Positions 28,859-38,767 of a DNA stretch of 64,000 nucleotides are shown piece after piece. Source of the stretch: Candidatus Zhuqueibacterota bacterium. Its GTDB lineage: Bacteria > Zhuqueibacterota > Zhuqueibacteria > Residuimicrobiales > Krinioviventaceae. The notes below the pieces were generated by a model that worked only from the letters and a program-made list of their open reading frames with translations, was not told the DNA's origin and did no database searches. Location of the stretch: assembly GCA_016929295.1 (NCBI GenBank), contig JAFGJB010000214.1:10261-74260 (forward strand), read 5' to 3'. How positions within the stretch are numbered: position 1 is the first letter of the stretch; every line of letters begins with the position of its first letter. A program made the position numbers and the translations under genes.

Positions 28859-30349
28859 ATGCGAACGACGAGCTTTTTTCTGTTGCTGACGATCAGCAAG
28901 ATCGGGGCATCGACCACCGTCGAGGGTACGCTCATCACCCAGATAAAGGGGATAACTGACAACATTACGATTCGCAGCTCATCGAATCCGGATGTCGCGC
29001 AGCGACCACGCCCCGACGGATCATATAGTGTGCTGGTCGCGTCACCTGCAACTGACTATCTCCTCATCATCCCCGGAACCGGGGATGACAATCTCTATTC
29101 GCCGCGAATCATTCGAGCTGCCGAGGCGGGCACGGATACGCTATACATCATTCCACCGACAAATCAACCTCTGTCGATCATCATAGATAACAAGACGGGC
29201 AGAGACTTAAAATTTATCGCCGACAAGGCAGTTGTTCTGGATGAATTGGTCACATCCGCGAAAGACTATCAGCTGACGATTGTGTCGCGGCCGCAACAGT
29301 CGCACCTGCTCATCGCGGCTTTCACAGCGGGATTTCCGGCAGTGGTGAGAAAAGTTGCCATCATGCCGGATCAAAACAGAGGATATCTGGTCATTGACCG
29401 GCAAGATATTGGTCTCGCCCCCTTGCCCGCCGCATCATCCATACCGCCATATGCAGAGAGAACAGGCGGACGATCTGCCGCACCAGCGCCGCCGGCGCCG
29501 CCGCAAGACACACCCACAACCCGTACCTCGGACCGTTCCGGCGAATCCGATCGTGCCGAAGAGTTGTACGTTCCTGTGCCGACACAGACAGGCGTCCGTC
29601 CGCCCATCACGCGAGAACGAGATCAAAAAGAGCAGAGCGCATCCACAGGCGCCAGCCAGTCAGCCTACTATTTCTCCGACCGGTTGATTCTGAAAGATAA
29701 ACTGAACGGTTCACTGGGGATTCGCGGTGATTATCAAACATTTGCCCAGCAAGCCGAAGAGGTTCAGCTCACACACTATGGTGTTGCATTTTATAATCTA
29801 CGACTATTGCGCAACTATTTCGATATCAGCATGCAGGCGATAAACTCACAACAGTTGCCCGATGTCTACTATCGTGGATCGATTGTATGGCATCGATCAC
29901 CCTATGCCGCGATCGATCTTTCCTATAAATCAGCAGCAAATGACATCTGGCATTCGCGCTATGATGCCGCTCGCATGTCGCTTGGTGTAAACGGTTGCTA
30001 TAAGAGTCAGGGAGAGAGATTCCAAATGGGGGCAGGTGTACGTTTTCAACTGGATTACGGCGATTTTGGCGATCATCTCGACGATGCGACGGCAGGTCAA
30101 TTTCGCTATCTGCCTTCCGTCTATCTCATCGCCTTCAAAAGCATTGGCAGAACAACAGCGTCGGTCATGGCCGGCATGATCAATGAAGCGGCATATGCCA
30201 GCTTTGCCGTTTTAATCGCCCGACATATTGGCGTGACCTATGCGTTCAAAGACGCGAGTTTCGGCAGCACACCGTTGACCCCGCTTGAAAAAGAACGAAC
30301 CCACAAGATGACGCTCGAAATAGACTTGACATTGAAGAAAAGGCAATGA
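28859..30349 (+). CDS. Hypothetical secreted protein with a Pro-rich linker and a beta-rich C-terminal half (possible outer-membrane beta-barrel)
   Basis: Signal peptide MRTTSFFLLLTISKIGAST. Pro-rich segment APAPPAPPQDTPTT. The C-terminal half has alternating aromatic/hydrophobic patterns. An alternative TTG start at 28835 overlaps the upstream gene. Confidence 0.5.
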   Translation: MRTTSFFLLLTISKIGASTTVEGTLITQIKGITDNITIRSSSNPDVAQRPRPDGSYSVLVASPATDYLLIIPGTGDDNLYSPRIIRAAEAGTDTLYIIPPTNQPLSIIIDNKTGRDLKFIADKAVVLDELVTSAKDYQLTIVSRPQQSHLLIAAFTAGFPAVVRKVAIMPDQNRGYLVIDRQDIGLAPLPAASSIPPYAERTGGRSAAPAPPAPPQDTPTTRTSDRSGESDRAEELYVPVPTQTGVRPPITRERDQKEQSASTGASQSAYYFSDRLILKDKLNGSLGIRGDYQTFAQQAEEVQLTHYGVAFYNLRLLRNYFDISMQAINSQQLPDVYYRGSIVWHRSPYAAIDLSYKSAANDIWHSRYDAARMSLGVNGCYKSQGERFQMGAGVRFQLDYGDFGDHLDDATAGQFRYLPSVYLIAFKSIGRTTASVMAGMINEAAYASFAVLIARHIGVTYAFKDASFGSTPLTPLEKERTHKMTLEIDLTLKKRQ

Positions 30350-30356
30350 GAGGGCA

Positions 30357-32138
30357 TTAGGCCGCTTCATCATCCAGCCGTAAAAAGTCTTTTCTTGTTC
30401 TTTTCACTTTCGCCGGCACTCCCATGGCCACAGAGTAAGGAGGAATATCTCTGGTGACGACCGAGCCGGCGCCGATAACGCTGCCAGTGCCGATCGTGAC
30501 GCCGTCGAGCACTTTCACAGCCGTCCCCAGCCACACATCATCTTCAATGAAGACGCCGCCGCGATTGTTGTATCCTTGGCGCATAATCGGTACATCGGTT
30601 CGATCATAATTATGTTGAGCGCCGCCGACATAGCAATTTGCCGCCAATAAAACATGTTTTCCGATCCTGATTTCGGATGTGGTACCCAGACGACAATTCC
30701 CGCCCACATTGCAAAAATCGCCGACCTCGATTCGGCCATCGCGTGTTCCGAGCACCGTGCCTCGTCCCAGCAGCACTTCATTGCCCAGAACAATCTCGGA
30801 CTCTGCATTGCCCTGTGCGCTCAGACGGCAAAATTCATCAATGACGCATTTTTGGCCGATCGTAATTTTGCCGCTATGCTGAAGGGAAAGACTGCGGCCA
30901 AAGATCGTGCCGCGACCCACTTTCTTAAACAGAGTGGGAAACAGCAACGCGCGGGAAAAATAGCCCAGGATGCCCGGCAGGTAGCCGCAAAATAGCGTGA
31001 TCAGTTCAAACTTGATCAATGTGAAAATGCTATAGGAGCCAATTTGAATATCCTGATATTTTTTTAAAGCTGACTTGCGCTGTCGCATGATATCCTCAAA
31101 GCTGCTGAAATATTTGATATCCCCCTTGACGTCATTTTCATCAATGTGATAAGTTATTTTATCGCTGATTATTTCACTCTTGACATGTATGCCCAATGTG
31201 CCATAGTAGAGACCACCGATCATGCCGGCGACGAGCGCTTTGGCGCGCAGCAGCAATGCGACGGACAGCCCGGCAGCTCCCGGCACCCCCATGCGAGAAA
31301 ACACGACAAAGTAGGCGCTTTCTGCCAGGCCGATGCCGCCAATCGAGATTGGTATCATGGTGATGACCATGACGATGGGCGTTATGATCAACGCGTCCGT
31401 AAAAGCGATGGATGCATTAAAGGCCAGCGCGCTCACGTACACATTCAGACAAGCTAAAACATAAAATATCAAAGAGTTAATAACAGCAAATAGAAATGCG
31501 CCATGATTGTTTCTGAGCGACAATGTGGCTTTTTGAAATTTGAACAATTTAGTGAATACTCGTTGCGCAGCGGTCAGTTTGATCTGAAGCGAAATCCAAC
31601 GTAATATCTTTGGATGAAGGATGGCGAGGAGAACCAAAGCATAACCAATGACGCAGATCACCAATCCGGCGGTCAGCCACAGGCTCCTCAATTGACGTAA
31701 AGCAACGCCAAAGGCAATGATGGCCATGAGCAGCAGAACCGACAGACCGGTGGTTCGCTCGACAAATACGGAAGAAAATGTCTCAGCGGGTTTTTCTGTC
31801 GATTTGCCCAGCGCGTAGGCGCGCACTACATCACCGCCGACATTTGTCGGCAAGATGGTATTAAAAAAATAACCGACAACATAGAGCCAAAAGCATCGCC
31901 ATATCGTCGTATTGATTTTGAACGCCTTGAGGATCACTTGCCATTTCCAGGCACTGATAAATACAAGTACGGGCGTGATGGCGATCGAAAGCAGCAGATA
32001 GTTCAGATTCGTATTCTTGATGGTTCCCCAAATTTGCCCAAATCCGGCCTTGTGAAACACATAGCCAATCAAAGTCATACTCACGGCGATGCGCAACAAG
32101 AATTCCAGGCCAGCCTTTTTTTTGCCTGTTGCTGACAT
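30357..32138 (-). CDS. Fusion of a flippase-like polytopic membrane domain (LPG-synthase-TM/UPF0104, TIGR00374-like) with a C-terminal hexapeptide-repeat (LbH) acetyltransferase
   Basis: The N-terminal ~330 aa has multiple TM helices. The C-terminal GNEVLLGRGTVLG...IGKHVLLAANCYV...GVFIEDDVWLGTAVKVLDGVTIGTGSVIGAGSVVTRDIPPYSVAMGVPAK shows hexapeptide repeats typical of sugar O-acetyltransferases. Confidence 0.7.
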   Translation of the reverse strand: MSATGKKKAGLEFLLRIAVSMTLIGYVFHKAGFGQIWGTIKNTNLNYLLLSIAITPVLVFISAWKWQVILKAFKINTTIWRCFWLYVVGYFFNTILPTNVGGDVVRAYALGKSTEKPAETFSSVFVERTTGLSVLLLMAIIAFGVALRQLRSLWLTAGLVICVIGYALVLLAILHPKILRWISLQIKLTAAQRVFTKLFKFQKATLSLRNNHGAFLFAVINSLIFYVLACLNVYVSALAFNASIAFTDALIITPIVMVITMIPISIGGIGLAESAYFVVFSRMGVPGAAGLSVALLLRAKALVAGMIGGLYYGTLGIHVKSEIISDKITYHIDENDVKGDIKYFSSFEDIMRQRKSALKKYQDIQIGSYSIFTLIKFELITLFCGYLPGILGYFSRALLFPTLFKKVGRGTIFGRSLSLQHSGKITIGQKCVIDEFCRLSAQGNAESEIVLGNEVLLGRGTVLGTRDGRIEVGDFCNVGGNCRLGTTSEIRIGKHVLLAANCYVGGAQHNYDRTDVPIMRQGYNNRGGVFIEDDVWLGTAVKVLDGVTIGTGSVIGAGSVVTRDIPPYSVAMGVPAKVKRTRKDFLRLDDEAA

Positions 32139-32141
32139 GTG

Positions 32142-33329
32142 TCAATCCCTATGTCCACGTAAGAAAGATCTCAGGTGATACGCTGCATCGCGAGCTTTAG
32201 TTTTTTCTTTGACGAGCAGAGGCACCATTTGATTCTTCAGCTCCTGGCGGTTTTCATAGGACTGCACAATCAGCTCAACATATTTTTCCAGTGAAAGATC
32301 GCGAAAATCGATGAGGTTCTTTTCCAATCCGATCGTGCGCATATAGCCGCGATTTTTTGGATAGGTGGTGATGCCGACAGGCACTGTTCCCATCGCCGAG
32401 GAAAGAATGAGTGAATGCGTTCGCATGCCCACAAAAAGCGCTAGTCGTTTGAGAATCCCGCAGATATCCTGGTAACTGTACTTTGCATTTGTCACCAGCC
32501 GAATCCGTTCCTTTGTCTTTATTTTTTGCAAAACCTGATGCGCGATGCCTAGATCCATATGCTGGGTTTCGACGAAAATGACATCGACGTCCAGAGTCGC
32601 GATGACCTTATCGACGGTCTCTGCGTACAATTCGACAAGCTTGTTGCGCCCAAAAGTGGAGCCATCCGTTTGCACAAACGCATCGACATAACTGTTCACA
32701 TTGAAGCCGATCACCGCTTTGCCGCTCTCAAACAAATGCTCCGCCCGTATGATCTCTTCAACGCGCTTGTCGCTCGACACCTGCGCGTTGAGCGCACAAT
32801 CAGCACCCTCGATGATATTGGGATGCTCAAAACCAAGCTTTTCGAGCAGCTCGACGGATTCCTTGTCTCGCAGAATCAGCGCGTCCGCACAATCGACAAT
32901 CGCCTTGAGCGCCTTTTTGCCTGCATCCGTGCGGACCGGACCGAGACTGCTGTTATATAAAACGATCGGGATCTGTTTTTTTTTCGCCAGGGGCAGGATT
33001 TTGGCGAGCGTCCAGAGATAATTGTAGAGCGGATTGTAAAGCTTTCGGTCAAACAGGATAGCATCTGTCACCAGGACAAGATCCGCGCCCAACACTGTTT
33101 TTAGCGTGGGAAGCCCCAATATTTTCACGCTGAAATTCCATGGCAGCAAACTGACCGGTTTGACGCCATACTTTTCAAAATTTTTACGCACAAAGGCCGG
33201 ATTGATGGTCGGAACAGCAAACTCGACGCGTTTGTAGCGAGATGAAATGTCGGTCAACAAGCAACCAAGTATAGCGGCATCGCCGGCGTTGCGACCCGAG
33301 TTATTACCAATGACAGCGATCTTTTTCAT
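32142..33329 (-). CDS. Polysaccharide pyruvyl transferase family protein
   Basis: MKKIAVIGNNSGRNAGDAAILGCLL matches the PF04230 N-terminal motif. Confidence 0.75.
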   Translation of the reverse strand: MKKIAVIGNNSGRNAGDAAILGCLLTDISSRYKRVEFAVPTINPAFVRKNFEKYGVKPVSLLPWNFSVKILGLPTLKTVLGADLVLVTDAILFDRKLYNPLYNYLWTLAKILPLAKKKQIPIVLYNSSLGPVRTDAGKKALKAIVDCADALILRDKESVELLEKLGFEHPNIIEGADCALNAQVSSDKRVEEIIRAEHLFESGKAVIGFNVNSYVDAFVQTDGSTFGRNKLVELYAETVDKVIATLDVDVIFVETQHMDLGIAHQVLQKIKTKERIRLVTNAKYSYQDICGILKRLALFVGMRTHSLILSSAMGTVPVGITTYPKNRGYMRTIGLEKNLIDFRDLSLEKYVELIVQSYENRQELKNQMVPLLVKEKTKARDAAYHLRSFLRGHRD

Positions 33330-34321
33330 GACTTTCTCATATTTAAATGACCCTTTTCAATATACCAGTCCGCTGTTCGCTTGATCCCTTCACGCATGCT
33401 GACCTGCGGCGTATAACCTAATTCGTGTTTTGCTTTCGAGATGTCGAATGCACGGTCGTGGGTGAATATATGCACGCGACGCGGGTAGATCGGCGGCTGC
33501 AGCCGGAAAGGGATGCAGACCTTTTCGCACAAATGCGCGACTATTTCCAATGGCCGGACCGGAGGCATCCAATACAGAGGACGCACGCCGAGTTCTTCAG
33601 CCACCATGGTTGCGAATCCCATGAGTGTCGTATAGGATTCGCCGGCGATAATATAGGTTTGTCCGATGGCGATCTCTTTTTCGGCGGCCAGGCGAAAGCC
33701 TTCGACTGTATCGGTGACAAAAGTGAGATGATAGAGAACCTGTCCGTTGCCAAACATGATGAATCGCCGCTTTTGAATCGACTTGTATAATTTGAGCATT
33801 CGCGCATCGCCAGGGCCATAAATGCCAACCGGACGGACGATCGTCACCGGCAGTCCGTGCTTTTCGTGATAGCGGCGCGCCAGCTTTTCACCCTCGTACT
33901 TTGTCGTCTGATAGATATCCTCAGGCTCAATGGGGGCGTTTTCATCAGCCGGTGGATTTTTTATATGACCATGCACGCCACACGTGCTGCAATGAAGAAA
34001 TCGATTCACACCTGCTGCAAGCGCCGCTTCGAGCAGGTTTTCCGTACCGGTCACATTGACATCCCAATAAGCACTGTCAGGTACATTTGCAGCTCGATAG
34101 AGAGCCGCAATATGAAAAACGACATCGACGCCGTCGACGGCGCGAAGAACCTGGCTTTTATTTTGCAATTCACCATAGGCGAATTCGACCGGCAAATCCC
34201 GTAAAGCAGCCAGATCGCGCTGCGGACGCACGAAAACTCGCACAGCATAATCGTGCGCCAGCAAGTTTTTCACCATATAACCTCCGGTAAAGCCGGATGC
34301 GCCTGTCACCAGTGCTTTCAT
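33326..34321 (-). CDS. NAD-dependent epimerase/dehydratase family protein
   Basis: MKALVTGASGFTGGYM Rossmann motif and an SDR-extended pattern. Confidence 0.8.
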   Translation of the reverse strand: MKALVTGASGFTGGYMVKNLLAHDYAVRVFVRPQRDLAALRDLPVEFAYGELQNKSQVLRAVDGVDVVFHIAALYRAANVPDSAYWDVNVTGTENLLEAALAAGVNRFLHCSTCGVHGHIKNPPADENAPIEPEDIYQTTKYEGEKLARRYHEKHGLPVTIVRPVGIYGPGDARMLKLYKSIQKRRFIMFGNGQVLYHLTFVTDTVEGFRLAAEKEIAIGQTYIIAGESYTTLMGFATMVAEELGVRPLYWMPPVRPLEIVAHLCEKVCIPFRLQPPIYPRRVHIFTHDRAFDISKAKHELGYTPQVSMREGIKRTADWYIEKGHLNMRKS

Positions 34322-34342
34322 CGCCTCAAGACTCCCTCGACG

Positions 34343-35167
34343 TCACTTTTTCGCCACAATACAAATAGCATGGCCGTAATTCCTTCTGATAAATGCCGGC
34401 AGCAGATTATAGAGCGGTACAAAGATATGATTGAACAAGCCGGCTAAAAATCCTTTCCGCAGTGATGTCGTCGCCCGGATATAATCCAAAAAGACCTCAA
34501 CCTCGCGAAAGTCGATGAACAACTCGCGCACATTTTTCTTATCATACAAGCGCGTGATCGGTGCATCTTGATGGGCAAACTCAAAATTCACTTTGCCAAA
34601 TCTGGTGAGAAGAATTTTCCATGAATATTTATAATAGAGTGTAATCAGCGCTTCCCCGCCCGGCTTTAAAACTCGCCAAACTTCTGTCACCGCCTTCTGC
34701 GTGCTCTCCGTCTGATGCAGTACGCCAAGCGAAGCCACAACATCGAACGTGTTGTCATCAAACGGCAGCTCTTCCGCGCTGCCGTGCTTCAGTTCGGCCT
34801 GCAGATTATTGTGCTGTAAATTCTTTTGCGCCAGCTCCAGAGCAGCGGCTGACAAATCCAGGCCGGTCGCCTTCATGCCGCAGCGAGCCCAATGGACCAA
34901 TTCCCAGCCCGCGCCGCAGCCGACTTCGAGAATTTTTCCGCCCGGGAATTTTGCTGCCTGGTTTTCGATGAGACGATATCGATGTTCATAATTTTTCCTG
35001 ATGAATGAACCCACCGTATCAAAGAACTCTCCGGAGCCAATCCGACGCGGATCCCCTGTCCAGAATTGCGTTGAATTGACATTATCGGTCCAATATCGCT
35101 GAACCTCATCAATCGTTTTTATGTCGCTCCCCTTCCACAAATATGTTCCTATTGTATCCGCCATCAC
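34343..35167 (-). CDS. Class I SAM-dependent methyltransferase
   Basis: SAM-binding motif ILEVGCGAGWELVHWARCG...DLS and a LKPGG motif. Confidence 0.75.
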   Translation of the reverse strand: MMADTIGTYLWKGSDIKTIDEVQRYWTDNVNSTQFWTGDPRRIGSGEFFDTVGSFIRKNYEHRYRLIENQAAKFPGGKILEVGCGAGWELVHWARCGMKATGLDLSAAALELAQKNLQHNNLQAELKHGSAEELPFDDNTFDVVASLGVLHQTESTQKAVTEVWRVLKPGGEALITLYYKYSWKILLTRFGKVNFEFAHQDAPITRLYDKKNVRELFIDFREVEVFLDYIRATTSLRKGFLAGLFNHIFVPLYNLLPAFIRRNYGHAICIVAKK

Positions 35168-35190
35168 ATCATCCGTCTTTTACATTGTGA

Positions 35191-36858
35191 TCATTTATAG
35201 TTGTATGTTTTTTCATAATTAATTATCTCTTGGCGCTGCCGTGTCGGCGTCCAGTTCAGTTCGTGCGCCATCAGCGCCACTGCAGCAGATATCTGTGCAT
35301 CGGAAGCTCTGCCCGCAGTGCCCAGCTCCGTTCTCCGCAGCAAGATATCGGACAGGGTTTGTGCCATTTCGTAACGTATGCCGAAAATGACCTCGGCCTT
35401 GAGAACATACGAATCGCTGCACAGAAGGGCCCACTTTTCGCCATCCTCTGCGCAGTTGAGAACGTCTTGATACCGCGTACCAAAAGTATGTATGAGATGT
35501 TTTTTACTTTCAGGCGAAAAATCGCCGTTCAGATTCGCCATGCTTTTGCTGCGGAATTCCTCGAAAGAGCGCATATCGCCGCCCCATATCGGGACATCGC
35601 GACTGCGGGAGCATTTATCCCCATAGCCAAGCTTGTTGACAGCCTTGGTGACAGCTGCTTCTGCAACGCCGCGAGCGGTGGTAAATTTGACCGTCAGGAT
35701 GGAGAGCAAGCCGTCGAGATCATCTTTTTCTTTATGGTCGATGATTTCAAAATGCTTGGTGATGGTCACATCGCCGGTCTCTTTGTTGACGCCGGACATC
35801 GGTAACAAGCCGGCATAAACATGGACAATCTCATCGCGCCTGATTTTCTCATTTGGCAGCGCACCATTCACTTCATCAAGAAACTCACATATTTCCGTCT
35901 CGGTCACGGCATATTCATCGGCATCCCCGCGATAGGGTTTGTGCGCTGTGCCGGCCAACGTTTTTCCCCGCCACGGCACAAAGAACAGCAAGCGCGATCC
36001 CTTGTTAATGAGCGCATCGCTATCCTTGAACTCTTTTTTTGAGGGGGCAGCGAATGCGATGTCTGTCAATTGTCGGTTGATGACGAGGTTCATGGCGGTC
36101 GAGAACTCGATTTTTTTCTCCGCATGACAATGATCAGCGAGGAGGTCATTGATCCACGGACCAAGCGCCGTGATGGTCATTTTTGCGCTGATTTCAAACG
36201 AGTTTTCACCCACAAGATCGCGCGCCAGCACGCCGCAGACGCGGCGATTCTTCACGAGTAATTTTTCGGCTTTGACATAATTGGCCGCGGTCGCACCTTT
36301 CTCAACAGCCCCATGAAGAAAAGAAAAAAGCAGTCGTTCTGCATTTATCATATGGGCATCATACCACAGCGCGCCGCCGTTGAGATCATCTCTATTCACT
36401 CCCGGGATCAACTGCTGCACCTGTCTTTTCGACACTATCCTGCCGTGCGGCAGTTTGTGAGCGGCATCCAGACCTCGGTTACGATCCGCACTGAACAGAT
36501 CATTCATCAACAGGCCAATCCGCATCACTTCAGGTCCCTTCACCGCATGGCCGAAAGTCGGCATGATGCACGGCAGTGGGAATACAAGATGTGGGGCGAT
36601 CCTGAGCAGACTGCGCCGTTCGGCGATTGATTCGCGCATGCGAATCAGGTCCGCGTGCTGCAAATATCGCAGGCCGCCATGAATGATCTTGAGGCTGTTC
36701 GCTGATGTCCCGGAGGCGAAATCATTTTTTTCAATGAGGGCCACACGCAGGCCGCGCAGCACAGCATCCCAGGCCACTGTGGCGCCATATATACCGCCGC
36801 CGATGACGAGTAGATCGAACTCTTCGGTCGCGAGGCGCTGTAATTCTCGTTTCATCAT
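35191..36858 (-). CDS. FAD-dependent oxidoreductase, glycerol-3-phosphate dehydrogenase (GlpA/GlpD)-like
   Basis: DLLVIGGGIYGATVAWDAVLRGLRVALIEKNDFASGTSANSLKIIHGGLRYL is the GlpD-family dinucleotide-binding signature. Confidence 0.7.
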   Translation of the reverse strand: MMKRELQRLATEEFDLLVIGGGIYGATVAWDAVLRGLRVALIEKNDFASGTSANSLKIIHGGLRYLQHADLIRMRESIAERRSLLRIAPHLVFPLPCIMPTFGHAVKGPEVMRIGLLMNDLFSADRNRGLDAAHKLPHGRIVSKRQVQQLIPGVNRDDLNGGALWYDAHMINAERLLFSFLHGAVEKGATAANYVKAEKLLVKNRRVCGVLARDLVGENSFEISAKMTITALGPWINDLLADHCHAEKKIEFSTAMNLVINRQLTDIAFAAPSKKEFKDSDALINKGSRLLFFVPWRGKTLAGTAHKPYRGDADEYAVTETEICEFLDEVNGALPNEKIRRDEIVHVYAGLLPMSGVNKETGDVTITKHFEIIDHKEKDDLDGLLSILTVKFTTARGVAEAAVTKAVNKLGYGDKCSRSRDVPIWGGDMRSFEEFRSKSMANLNGDFSPESKKHLIHTFGTRYQDVLNCAEDGEKWALLCSDSYVLKAEVIFGIRYEMAQTLSDILLRRTELGTAGRASDAQISAAVALMAHELNWTPTRQRQEIINYEKTYNYK

Positions 36859-36865
36859 TATAGTG

Positions 36866-38767
36866 TCAGCCCTGAAAATTTCGTGTGTCTTTCATGTACA
36901 AGTCGTACCATAGATGAAATACCATCAATGCCCACAATCTGTGACTGTGATTCTCTTTGCTCTTCAAATGTTCATTGACGAGGCGATTGACAAACTGGGG
37001 ATCAAAATAGCCCTTTTCCACGACATTCTTTTCCGATAACGACTCGAGCATCATCGGCTTGAGCTCATTTTTAAGCCAGTTTTTGATCGGAATGCTAAAG
37101 CCTTCCTTTCCTCGTTCAATGACCGTGAGTGGCAGCACAGCGCGCAGGCTGTTTTTGAGAATGTGTTTCGTTCGCTTGCCGCGGAGCCGCAGATGACCGG
37201 GTATAGTCGCGGCGAACTCGACAAACCGATGATCCAGAAACGGCACGCGCGCTTCCAGCGAGTTCGCCATGCTCATGCGATCGACCTTGACGAGAATATC
37301 ATCAACCAGATAGCTTTTGATATCGACATATTCTTGTTGGTCAAGAGGATCCGGCGACGTCACCTGGGCAAAATACTCCTCGATGAAGCCAAAAGAATTA
37401 TAACCGTGCAAAGATCGGGCAAACTCTGGCGAATAGAGCAGCTCTTTCTCGGTCTGCTGTAGAAATATCATCCAGCGAACGTGTTGCAGATTGCCGGGCA
37501 ATCGTGTTCCCTCGATGAAGCGTTTGGATCTGTTGATGAATCCTTTCTTCTTTTTTGTCGGCGGCAATGCGTCCACTATAGGCTCAATGGCCGCTTTTCG
37601 CAGAAACCGTGGCAGCATATTGTATTTTTTTGCCAGCCGTTGCGCCAGGTAGGTGTCATAGCCGGCTAACAATTCATCCCCGCCATCACCGGAGAGCACG
37701 ACCTTCACATTCTTTCGCGCCATCTCGGAGACGAGATATGTCGGGAATACAGAAAAATCCCCGAATGGTTCATCAAGCATCCACAAGATTTTTTCTGTCA
37801 ACCTGGTGACGTCGGGTTTAATAATTTCCTCAAAATGTTCTGTACGGAACTTGTCGGCGACGGCACGAGCATATGGAAGTTCATTATAGGTCGCTTCATC
37901 AAAACCGATGGAAAAGCTTTTCACAGGATCAGCGCTGTTGCGGCTCATCATCGCGACGATCGAGCTCGAATCGAGGCCGCCGCTGAGGAAAGCGCCGAGA
38001 GGGACGTCACTCATCAATCGAATCTTCACCGCGTCTTCTAAAAGCTCCTCCAGGCGCGCATTCAAAGCCGCTTCGCCGGCCATTGTGCAGTGGTATTCCA
38101 CATTCCAGTATTGCTGCGTTTGAATTCGGCCGTCCTGGTACAACATCCAATGCCCGGGGGGCAGTTTGAAGATATTGGCAAAGATGCTGTAAGGGCTTGG
38201 AATATATTCAAAAGTGAGAAAAATATCCAGCGCTTTCGGTTCAATCTCTCTGGGGACGGAATCGAGTTGAACGATGGACTTGAGTTCCGATGCAAACACA
38301 AATTGCAGCTCATCGCAGTAGTAATAGAGTGGCTTGATGCCGAGGCGATCGCGAGCGAGGAAGAGTCGCTTATTTCGTCCGTCCCAGATCGCAAAGGCAA
38401 ACATGCCATTCAGTCTATTCACACAGTCCGTGCCCCACTCTTCATAGGCGTGCAGGATCGCTTCTGTATCGGTTTTGGTGCTGAAGAGGTAGCCTCTGGC
38501 GGTCAACTCTTTGCGGATATCGATATGGTTATAGATCTCGCCATTGAAAACAATGGCCATGGAGCGGTCTTGATTAAAAATGGGCTGATGGCCGGTGGAC
38601 AGATCAATGATGCTCAATCGCCGCATGCCGATGCCGATATTTTCATGGACGAATTGACCTTCGTCATCCGGACCACGATGTTCCATGGCATGGCACATTT
38701 TCTGAACGTCGGCGCATTCAACAGGATGGTCTTTATTCCGATGGATAACGCCACAAATACCGCACAT
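36866..38767 (-). CDS. asnB: Asparagine synthetase (glutamine-hydrolysing)-like amidotransferase
   Basis: N-terminal MCGICGV (Cys2 nucleophile) and the SGGLDSS PP-loop. I take the start at MCGICG. It overlaps the upstream GT4 stop by 1 nt (TAATG). Confidence 0.85.
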   Translation of the reverse strand: MCGICGVIHRNKDHPVECADVQKMCHAMEHRGPDDEGQFVHENIGIGMRRLSIIDLSTGHQPIFNQDRSMAIVFNGEIYNHIDIRKELTARGYLFSTKTDTEAILHAYEEWGTDCVNRLNGMFAFAIWDGRNKRLFLARDRLGIKPLYYYCDELQFVFASELKSIVQLDSVPREIEPKALDIFLTFEYIPSPYSIFANIFKLPPGHWMLYQDGRIQTQQYWNVEYHCTMAGEAALNARLEELLEDAVKIRLMSDVPLGAFLSGGLDSSSIVAMMSRNSADPVKSFSIGFDEATYNELPYARAVADKFRTEHFEEIIKPDVTRLTEKILWMLDEPFGDFSVFPTYLVSEMARKNVKVVLSGDGGDELLAGYDTYLAQRLAKKYNMLPRFLRKAAIEPIVDALPPTKKKKGFINRSKRFIEGTRLPGNLQHVRWMIFLQQTEKELLYSPEFARSLHGYNSFGFIEEYFAQVTSPDPLDQQEYVDIKSYLVDDILVKVDRMSMANSLEARVPFLDHRFVEFAATIPGHLRLRGKRTKHILKNSLRAVLPLTVIERGKEGFSIPIKNWLKNELKPMMLESLSEKNVVEKGYFDPQFVNRLVNEHLKSKENHSHRLWALMVFHLWYDLYMKDTRNFQG

